From the NCBI GenBank assembly GCA_028280205.1, contig JANQME010000083.1:1-34246 (forward strand): a stretch of 34,246 nt of DNA, written 5' to 3'. This DNA is from Longimicrobiales bacterium. Lineage in GTDB: Bacteria > Gemmatimonadota > Gemmatimonadetes > Longimicrobiales > Gaopeijiaceae. The first letter of the stretch is position 1, and the number at the start of each line of letters is the position of its first letter. The translations under genes and the position numbers were made by a program. Below, in pieces: positions 1-6,881 of this stretch. The notes under the pieces were generated by a model. The model worked only from the letters and a program-made list of their open reading frames with translations. It searched no databases and was not told where the DNA came from.

Positions 1-1743
1 CTGGAGCCCGAGCTCGGCGCGCCCGTGGTGCCGGGCCCGGCGCGTGAGGGGGTCGGCACCGATGCGCTGCTCGACGCCGCACACGCGGTCGCGACCGGGG
101 AGCGGCGCACCACGCCGTACCGGCTTGCGAGCCACGCGCCCGAGGTCGAGTCGGCGATCTCCCGGCTCGTCCCGGTCGTCGAGGACGTCCATCCCGAGGT
201 TCCGAACGCCCGCTGGGTCGCGCTCCGACTGCTCAACGCGGACGAGGCGGTTCAGGAGGCCGTACGGTCCGGTGAGCTCGGGCAGCTCACCCACGACGGG
301 ACGGGCACGGAGGTCGAGCCGCCTCCGGAGGACGCCCGACGGCGCCTTCTCGACGCGGCCACGCGGCTGCGCTGGGAGCTGCCGCCGGACTTCCACGACA
401 TCGTCACGGAGCGCGCGTATGCCGCGGCCGAAGAGGTGGCGTCATCGGCTCAGATGCGGGGAGCCGCGAAGGCCCGCTTCGCCTTCGACCGGAAGCTCGA
501 CGAGCTGCTCACCAGCCGGATCTTCGGCTTCCCGCTCATGCTCCTCATTCTGGCGGCGGTCTTCTGGATCACGATCGAGGGGGCCAACGTCCCGTCCTCG
601 ATGCTCGCCACGCTCCTCGTCGACAACGGGCACACCTGGCTCAAGTCGATCGCCGCGGGCGTCGGCCTCCCCTGGTGGCTGGACGGCTTCCTTCTCGACG
701 GCGTCTATCTCGCGACGGCGTGGGTGATCAGCGTCATGCTTCCGCCCATGGCGATCTTCTTCCCGCTCTTCACCCTGCTCGAAGACTTCGGGTACCTGCC
801 GCGCGTCGCGTTCAACCTCGACTCCCTCTTCAAGAAGGCCGGGGCGCACGGGAAGCAGGCGCTCACGATGTGCATGGGCTTCGGGTGCAACGCCGCGGGG
901 GTCGTTTCCACACGGGTCATCGACAGTCCGCGCGAGCGGTTGATCGCGATCATCACGAACAACTTCTCCCTCTGCAACGGTCGCTGGCCGACCCAGATTC
1001 TGATCGCCACGATCTTCATCGGCGCTCTCGCCCCGGATCACCTGGGCGGCGCGGTCAGCGCGGCCGCCGTGGTGGGCATCGCGCTGCTCGGCGTGGTGAT
1101 GATGTTCATCTCCTCGTGGCTTCTGTCGCGCACGGTTCTGCGTGGCGAAGCCACGAGCTTCTCGCTCGAGCTGCCCCCTTACCGGCCTCCGCGCGTCCTC
1201 CAGACGCTCTACACCTCGCTCATCGACCGCACGCTCATCGTTCTCTGGCGGGCGGTCGTCTTCGCCGTGCCGGCAGGCGCCGTGATCTGGCTCGTGTCGA
1301 ATATCACGTTCGGAGGGGCGAGCCTGGCGGAGCACGCCGTCGGCTGGCTGAACCCGTTCGGTCTCCTGATCGGGCTCAACGGGGTGATTCTGCTCGCCTA
1401 CGTGGTCGCGATCCCCGCCAACGAGATCGTCATCCCGACCGTGCTCATGCTGACGGTGCTCGTGACTCCGGAGCTCGCGGAGCTGGGCGCCGGGGCCGGA
1501 GTCATGTTCGAGGAGGGCGAGGCCGGGACCGAGGCGGTGCTGCGCGCGGGCGGCTGGACGCTGCTGACGGCGGTCAACCTCATGCTGTTCAGCCTTCTCC
1601 ATAACCCGTGCTCCACCACGATCTACACGATCTACAAGGAGACGCGGAGTCCGAAGTGGACGGCCGTCGCGACGCTCATGCCCGTGGCGATGGGCGTGAC
1701 CGTCTGCTTCCTCGTGGCCCAGGTCTGGAGGCTCGTGGCTTGA
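1..1743 (+). CDS. feoB: Ferrous iron transport protein B (FeoB), 5'-truncated by the window edge: linker/helical region plus polytopic membrane domain
   Basis: Frame 1 is open from nt 1; the listed ORF 25..1743 simply begins at the first GTG. FeoB membrane-domain hallmarks are present: FGFPLMLLILAAVFWITIEG, LLEDFGYLPRVAF, MGFGCNAAGV, DSPRERLIAIITNNFSLCNGRWP, LLHNPCSTTIYTIYKET. No GTPase G-domain is visible, so it must lie upstream of the window. Stop TGA 1741-1743. Confidence 0.85.
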   Translation: MEPELGAPVVPGPAREGVGTDALLDAAHAVATGERRTTPYRLASHAPEVESAISRLVPVVEDVHPEVPNARWVALRLLNADEAVQEAVRSGELGQLTHDGTGTEVEPPPEDARRRLLDAATRLRWELPPDFHDIVTERAYAAAEEVASSAQMRGAAKARFAFDRKLDELLTSRIFGFPLMLLILAAVFWITIEGANVPSSMLATLLVDNGHTWLKSIAAGVGLPWWLDGFLLDGVYLATAWVISVMLPPMAIFFPLFTLLEDFGYLPRVAFNLDSLFKKAGAHGKQALTMCMGFGCNAAGVVSTRVIDSPRERLIAIITNNFSLCNGRWPTQILIATIFIGALAPDHLGGAVSAAAVVGIALLGVVMMFISSWLLSRTVLRGEATSFSLELPPYRPPRVLQTLYTSLIDRTLIVLWRAVVFAVPAGAVIWLVSNITFGGASLAEHAVGWLNPFGLLIGLNGVILLAYVVAIPANEIVIPTVLMLTVLVTPELAELGAGAGVMFEEGEAGTEAVLRAGGWTLLTAVNLMLFSLLHNPCSTTIYTIYKETRSPKWTAVATLMPVAMGVTVCFLVAQVWRLVA

Positions 1744-1783
1744 GGAAGCTCTGCGCGGGATTCCCTTCCTGCTCAGAGCTTCC
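1744..1783 (+). terminator. Hairpin directly after the feoB stop (10-bp perfect stem, 20-nt loop); candidate intrinsic terminator without a U-tract
   Basis: ggaagctctg (1744-1753) is the exact reverse complement of cagagcttcc (1774-1783). A second 7-bp stem follows: gcagggc 1806-1812 / gccctgc 1827-1833. No T-run follows either, so terminator function is only inferred. Confidence 0.3.
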
Positions 1784-1891
1784 CGAGGGCCTTAGCGGAT
1801 CGGGGGCAGGGCTGTACCTTGCTTTCGCCCTGCACCCAAGGGGTGGACCTTCCCACCGCCATTCCCAGACCCCCGACCCACCGGAGGGCCG

Positions 1892-2716
1892 ATGCAGCTC
1901 GACATCGAAGCGTTCAACTCCTTCCTGACCGAAGCGGTCGCTCTGTGGGCTCCGAAGGTCGTCGGATCGCTGGCGGTCCTCCTCTTCGGCTGGATCGTCG
2001 CGGGGCGAATCCGCTCGATCGCGCGCCGAGTCCTCAAGGCGTCTCCGATCGACGACATCCTCATCCCGTTCCTGGCCGGCGTGATTCACGTCCTGACCGT
2101 CGTCGTCGTGGTCGTGACCGCGATGGGCGTGATCGGGATCAGCACGGCGTCCTTCGTCGCGGTGCTCGGCGCCGCGGGCCTCGCGATCGCGCTGGCCTTC
2201 CAGGGCACCTTCTCGAACTTCGCGGCGGGGATCATGCTCCTCACCTTCCGACCCTTCGACGTGGGCGACTACGTCGAGGTCGGCGGGAGTGCCGGTACGG
2301 TGCGGGAAGTCGGAATCTTCTCCTGCCTCCTCAACACCCCGGACAACGTCGAGATCCGGGTTCCGAACGACCAGATCTTCGGGGCGACGATCAAGAACTA
2401 CTCCGCGAACGATACGCGACGCATCGACCTCGTGATGGGCGTCGGGTACGAAGACGACCTCGGGACCGCGGCCCGCGTGTGCATGGACACGATCTCGGCC
2501 GACCCACGTGTGCTCGCCGATCCCGCTCCGCTGGTCGCCGTCTCCGAGCTGGGCGACTCGTCGGTGAATCTGGTCGTGCGTCCCTGGGTCAAGAAGGAGG
2601 ACTACTGGAGCTGCCGCTTCGATCTGACCCGTGCCCTGAAGGAGAACATCGAAGCTGCCGGCTGCTCGATCCCCTATCCGCAGCGCGACGTGCACATGCA
2701 CCAGGTCAGCGCCTGA
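1892..2716 (+). CDS. mscS: Small-conductance mechanosensitive channel, MscS family (274 aa)
   Basis: Three N-terminal hydrophobic helices, then the MscS pore/beta-domain signature LAFQGTFSNFAAGIMLLTFRPFDVGDYVEVGGSAGTVREVGIFSCLLNTPDNVEIRVPNDQIFGATIKNYS. GGAGG at 1883-1887 lies just upstream of ATG 1892. Confidence 0.9.
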   Translation: MQLDIEAFNSFLTEAVALWAPKVVGSLAVLLFGWIVAGRIRSIARRVLKASPIDDILIPFLAGVIHVLTVVVVVVTAMGVIGISTASFVAVLGAAGLAIALAFQGTFSNFAAGIMLLTFRPFDVGDYVEVGGSAGTVREVGIFSCLLNTPDNVEIRVPNDQIFGATIKNYSANDTRRIDLVMGVGYEDDLGTAARVCMDTISADPRVLADPAPLVAVSELGDSSVNLVVRPWVKKEDYWSCRFDLTRALKENIEAAGCSIPYPQRDVHMHQVSA

Positions 2717-3740
2717 GGTGCTCGCCCTCCCGGCGCTCGCCCCGGGCGCCGAGGACCGTTTCGTAGATCTCCAGGTACCGCTCGGCCGCGGCGCTCCACG
2801 TGAATCGTCCGTGCTGTGCTGCCGCGGTCTCCGAGAAAAGGGCTTCGAGTCGATCGTAGTCGGCACGCACGCGGCGGAGCCCGGCCGCGAGGTCGGCGGG
2901 ATCGAGCAGGAGCTCCGGCGGAAGGATCTCAGGAGCGATCCCCACGGGCGTGGACAGGAGCACGCGGGCGTAGTGCAGCCCTTCGGCGATCGCGAGGCCG
3001 AATCCCTCGGAGCGCGAGGGAACGACCTGCACGTGCGCGGCGCCGATCAACTCCTCGACGTCCTCCCGGTGGCCGAGCAGCTCCACGCGTTCCTCGAGCC
3101 CCAGCTCCGCCACGAGCGACTCGAGCGTCCCGCGCTCGCCGCCGTCGCCCGCGACGCGTAGACGGAACGGGAAGTCGAGCTCCGCGGCCGCGCGCACGAG
3201 CCGATCCATCCCCTTGTAGGGGTCGAGGCGACCTACCGCGACGAAGGTGAAGACGTCCGGCCTCGGTCCGCGCTCGACGGACCTGACCCGCACCCCGTTG
3301 TGAACGACGGGGACCGGAGCGGAACGGTCGATCGTATCGGCCACGGCGCCCGAGACGGCCGTCGCGAGGGGCACGCGGTCGAAGACCCGCCGCCTGCGGG
3401 TGTTGTGCTTCGTCGCGAGCCACGCGGCGGGACCCCCGCCCGGCAGGCGATCCGCCCACCACAGCATCTCGGCTGTCCGGGCCGCGTGCGCGTGGACGAC
3501 GTCGACGCCGAGGCGACGGAGCGCCGCCGTGAGATTCAGGACCGTGACGGGGTTGCGACGGCTTCCCGGCGGCAGGTCGACGACGTCGCCGATCTGCCGG
3601 GAGAGGCGATCGCGCCACGTCGCGTCGGCGGGGGCCACGACCTTCAGGTGCGTGTGCCGGGCGAGCTCGTTCGAGAGCTCGACCACGCTGCGTTCCAGCC
3701 CCCCCCAACCGGGAGAAGCCACGATCTGGACGATTCGCAC
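2706..3740 (-). CDS. Glycosyltransferase, GT4 (GT-B fold) family
   Basis: N-terminus VRIVQIVASPGWGGLERSVVEL and C-terminal sugar-donor region VVPSRSEGFGLAIAEGLHYARVLLSTPVG are typical GT4. I move the start from the listed 3902 to GTG 3740-3738. The 54 upstream codons are Pro/Gly-rich and lie in the divergent feoA promoter region. The 3' end overlaps the convergent mscS 3' end by 11 nt (2706-2716). Confidence 0.8.
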   Translation of the reverse strand: MRIVQIVASPGWGGLERSVVELSNELARHTHLKVVAPADATWRDRLSRQIGDVVDLPPGSRRNPVTVLNLTAALRRLGVDVVHAHAARTAEMLWWADRLPGGGPAAWLATKHNTRRRRVFDRVPLATAVSGAVADTIDRSAPVPVVHNGVRVRSVERGPRPDVFTFVAVGRLDPYKGMDRLVRAAAELDFPFRLRVAGDGGERGTLESLVAELGLEERVELLGHREDVEELIGAAHVQVVPSRSEGFGLAIAEGLHYARVLLSTPVGIAPEILPPELLLDPADLAAGLRRVRADYDRLEALFSETAAAQHGRFTWSAAAERYLEIYETVLGARGERREGEHLRR

Positions 3741-3884
3741 GTGACACGGGCAGTGGGCAGGCCCCGGACAGGGTGCCCCGGGCGGGCTCCCCAAGGTCGT
3801 ATGCGGCGGGAGCGGCAGGAAGGTCGGCGTGACGGATCCGGCCGGGCGCCCCGCTTTCGCGCCGGCGAAGGCCTCGGTACGTTC

Positions 3885-3903
3885 GTTGAGACTGGTTATC
3901 AAC
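3885..3903. promoter_or_regulatory. Relatively AT-rich inverted repeat GTTGA-N9-TCAAC upstream of feoA; candidate metalloregulator (Fur-like) site
   Basis: gttgagactggttatcaac sits 14 nt upstream of the feoA GTG, next to the Shine-Dalgarno-like GAGGA (3906-3910). It matches the canonical Fur box only weakly, so the regulator identity is inference. Confidence 0.3.
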
Positions 3904-3916
3904 TAGAGGAACGCCC

Positions 3917-4207
3917 GTGCCGAGACCGTCCGTTCGCCTGCCGGCCCTCGCAGCCGGGACCGAGCTCCCACTGGGCGACGTCCCGCTGCGACAGGAAGTC
4001 GAGCTCGTGCGGATCGACCTTCCGCCCGAGCAGGCCGAGCCGCTGCTCGAACGCGGGGTGCTTCCCGGCTGCCGGATCTGCCCGGTCCGCTCGTCCCCGG
4101 GCGGCGATCCGATCGTCTCGGTGGAGGGGTCGCTCCTGGCGCTCCGCCGGGAGACCGCGGCGTGTCTCTGCGTGCGGGTGCTTTCGAGCTTCGACGAAGC
4201 CGGCTGA
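3917..4207 (+). CDS. feoA: FeoA family protein (small SH3-like iron transport accessory protein, 96 aa)
   Basis: The size, the position directly upstream of feoB, and the pattern LPLGDV...VRIDL...LLERGVLPGCRICPV...GDPIVSVEGSLLALRRETAACLCV fit the FeoA domain. GTG start 3917 is preceded by GAGGA at 3906-3910. Confidence 0.75.
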   Translation: MPRPSVRLPALAAGTELPLGDVPLRQEVELVRIDLPPEQAEPLLERGVLPGCRICPVRSSPGGDPIVSVEGSLLALRRETAACLCVRVLSSFDEAG

Positions 4208-4223
4208 GGCTGCCGGAACCGTC

Positions 4224-6149
4224 TTGAACGCGAAGAGCCCGGCAGGCACGGGCGATCCCGCCGTGCTTGCCGCTCCGGGCGCGGCCACGCCCCTCGTCGC
4301 CCTCGTCGGGCCGCCCAACTCGGGTAAGACGACCCTCTACAACCAGTTGACGGGGCTGCGCCAGAAGGTCGCGGACTATCCCGGCGTCACCGTCCAGAAG
4401 CACGTCGGGCGCGCCCGGCTCGCCGCCGGCCACGCGACGGACGTGGTCGACCTGCCGGGCGTGCACGGCTTCTCGGCGCGGACGCTCGACGAGCGCATCA
4501 CGCGGGACGTCCTGGAGGGCAGGCTCGAGGGGATGCGGGCGCCGGATGCGCTCGTTCTGATCGTCGACGCCACCCGGCTCGAGAGCCAGCTCATGCTCGT
4601 CGAGCCCGTCCTCGAGTTGGAGCTCCCGACGCTCCTGGTGCTGAACATGGCCGACGAGCTCGCCGGCCGCGGAGGACAGGTGGACGACAAGGCTCTGGCC
4701 GCACGCCTGGGCGTCGAGGTCGTGCGCACCAGCGCCAGGACCGGCGAGGGGGTCGACGCGGTCCGCGCGTACCTCGCCGACGTGGGGCCGCGAGACGACG
4801 CTCCGCCGCTCCCCGAGCGGCGCCTCGCCGACGTGAAGGCCGCTACGCCGCTCCCGGTCGTCGACGCCTTCGCGGCGCGCAGACGGGTGGTGCGGGAGGT
4901 GGTGGACGAGGCGGACTTCGTGCCACCCGCTCCGTCCGCGGCGAGCGAGCGGCTCGACGCCATCGTCCTGCACCGCGTCTGGGGCCCCCTCGTCTTCCTC
5001 GCCGTCGTGCTCCTGGTCTTCCAGTCGATCTTCACCTGGGCGGTGCCCCTCATGGACGGCATCGACTGGCTCATCGTGACATCGGGCGACCGGCTGGCGT
5101 CCACCCTCCCCGACACCTGGTACCGCTCGCTCCTGGTCGACGGCGTGTGGGCCGGGGTCGGCTCGGTGGTCATCTTCCTTCCCCAGATCCTCATCCTCTT
5201 TCTCTTTCTGGGGATTCTGGAGGACTCCGGCTACATGGCGCGCGCGGCCGTAATCGCGGACCGTGCGATGTACCGGGTCGGCCTGCAAGGACGTGCGTTC
5301 CTGCCGCTGCTCTCGGCATACGCGTGCGCGGTGCCCGCGATTCTCGCGGCCCGCACCGTCGAAGACGAGCGCGACCGGATGGCCACGATCTTCGTGACGC
5401 CGTTCATGACGTGCTCCGCGCGTCTGCCCGTCTACGCGCTCCTCATCGCGGCCTTCATCCCCGAAGGGCCGCTCCTGGGACCCTTCGTGGGACGGCGCGC
5501 CACCGTGCTGCTGGGTCTGTACGCGCTCGGCATCGTCGCCGCGGTCGGGACGGCCTTCCTGCTCAAGCGGACCCTTCTGCGCGCGGAGCCGACCTCCTTC
5601 CTCATGGAGCTTCCCCCGTACCGCGTCCCCTCACCGCGTACGCTGGCTCTCCGCCTTCTCGACCGGAGCCGGATCTTCCTGCGTCGGGCGGGACGGATCA
5701 TCTTCGCAGTCACGATCGTACTCTGGACGCTCACGCAGTTCCCCCGCACCGAGGTGGGCCCGCCGGAGGTCGAGGAGAGCGCTCTCGGACGGATCGGGCA
5801 CGTCATCGAGCCGGTGATCGAGCCGCTCGGCTTCGACTGGCGCATCGGGGTGGGGCTCGTGACGTCGCTCGCGGCCCGAGAGGTCATCGTGGGTACGCTG
5901 GGCACGATCTACGGCGTCGAGACCGCGGACGAGGAGTCCGTGGCGCTCCAGGAGATCCTGCGGCGTGATCTCACGCTCGGCTCCGCGATCGGGCTCCTCG
6001 TCTTCTTCGCCTTCGCGCTCCAGTGCATGTCGACCGTCGCCGTGATGCGCCGCGAGACCGCCGGGTGGAGGTGGCCCGCGCTCCAGTTCGGCTACATGCT
6101 CCTGCTCGGGTACGTCGGAGCTTTCCTCGCCGTGCGGATCTTCGGATGA
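4224..6149 (+). CDS. feoB: Ferrous iron transport protein B (FeoB), full length
   Basis: G-domain motifs: G1 GPPNSGKTT, G2 YPGVTV, G3 DLPG, G4 LNMAD. Membrane-domain motifs: LFLGILEDSGYMARAA, TPFMTCSARLPVY, AAREVIVGTLGTIYG, FALQCMSTVAVMRRET. The listed ORF 3300..6149 is an upstream read-through of the same frame. The start is uncertain: TTG 4224 (17 nt after the feoA stop) or GTG 4263. Confidence 0.85.
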   Translation: MNAKSPAGTGDPAVLAAPGAATPLVALVGPPNSGKTTLYNQLTGLRQKVADYPGVTVQKHVGRARLAAGHATDVVDLPGVHGFSARTLDERITRDVLEGRLEGMRAPDALVLIVDATRLESQLMLVEPVLELELPTLLVLNMADELAGRGGQVDDKALAARLGVEVVRTSARTGEGVDAVRAYLADVGPRDDAPPLPERRLADVKAATPLPVVDAFAARRRVVREVVDEADFVPPAPSAASERLDAIVLHRVWGPLVFLAVVLLVFQSIFTWAVPLMDGIDWLIVTSGDRLASTLPDTWYRSLLVDGVWAGVGSVVIFLPQILILFLFLGILEDSGYMARAAVIADRAMYRVGLQGRAFLPLLSAYACAVPAILAARTVEDERDRMATIFVTPFMTCSARLPVYALLIAAFIPEGPLLGPFVGRRATVLLGLYALGIVAAVGTAFLLKRTLLRAEPTSFLMELPPYRVPSPRTLALRLLDRSRIFLRRAGRIIFAVTIVLWTLTQFPRTEVGPPEVEESALGRIGHVIEPVIEPLGFDWRIGVGLVTSLAAREVIVGTLGTIYGVETADEESVALQEILRRDLTLGSAIGLLVFFAFALQCMSTVAVMRRETAGWRWPALQFGYMLLLGYVGAFLAVRIFG

Positions 6150-6844
6150 ACGAGTCGGGCGCCGTCGAGACGACCGAGCACCGCTTCGTCGCGACGGAAT
6201 CGAATGGGGAGGTCGGGGCGGTGCTCGTGCGGCCCTCCTCCGCGAAGTGTCTCTACGTCTTCGCCCATGGGGCGGGTGCCGGGATGCGCCACGCCTTCAT
6301 GGAGGCGTGCGCCGCGCGGCTCGCCGGGAGGGGCGTCGCCACCTTCCGCTACCACTTCCCGTACATGGAGGCCGGTCGGAAGGGACCGAACCGGCCCCCG
6401 GTGCTCGTGAAGACGGTGCGATCCGCGATCGCGGCGGCCCGGAACCTGGCCGGGGACCTCCCGCTGCTGGCCGGCGGGAAGTCGATGGGCGGCCGCATGA
6501 CGTCGACGGCGGCGTCGCAGGAGACCCTGGAGGGGGTTCGAGGTCTCGCCTTCTTCGGCTTCCCCCTCCACGCGCCCGGGCGCGACTCCTCGGAGCGCGG
6601 CGCGCACCTCGCTGAGGTGGGGCTGCCCATGCTCTTCCTGCAGGGTACGCGCGACAAGCTGGCGAGTCTGGACCTTCTGCGGCCGCTCCTCGCCGACGTG
6701 CGCCCGGCGCCAGAGCTCCACGTCGTGGAGGGCGCGGATCACGGCTTCCACGTGCTCAAGCGGTCGGGGCGGACGGACGAGGAGGTGCTCGATGAGCTGT
6801 GCGACGCCTTCGCGGCGTGGGCCGGTGGGGTGACGCGCGGCTGA
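6146..6844 (+). CDS. Alpha/beta-fold hydrolase (COG3571 / dienelactone-hydrolase-like)
   Basis: Nucleophile elbow GGKSMGG, acid in LQGTRDKL, and His in EGADHGF. ATG 6146 overlaps the feoB stop (ATGA, 6146-6149). The listed ORF start at 6023 lies inside feoB. Confidence 0.75.
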   Translation: MNESGAVETTEHRFVATESNGEVGAVLVRPSSAKCLYVFAHGAGAGMRHAFMEACAARLAGRGVATFRYHFPYMEAGRKGPNRPPVLVKTVRSAIAAARNLAGDLPLLAGGKSMGGRMTSTAASQETLEGVRGLAFFGFPLHAPGRDSSERGAHLAEVGLPMLFLQGTRDKLASLDLLRPLLADVRPAPELHVVEGADHGFHVLKRSGRTDEEVLDELCDAFAAWAGGVTRG

Positions 6845-6881
6845 CCCACTTCGTCGGCTCCACCCATGCGCTTCCTCGGAT

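Noticed and set aside
3300-4223. N-terminal 308 codons of the listed 949-aa ORF 3300..6149 (would extend feoB across feoA and the GT4 gene)
   Set aside because: The FeoB G1 motif begins only at about nt 4300. The upstream part is Arg/Pro-rich and overlaps both a good FeoA frame and the GT4 gene on the other strand.
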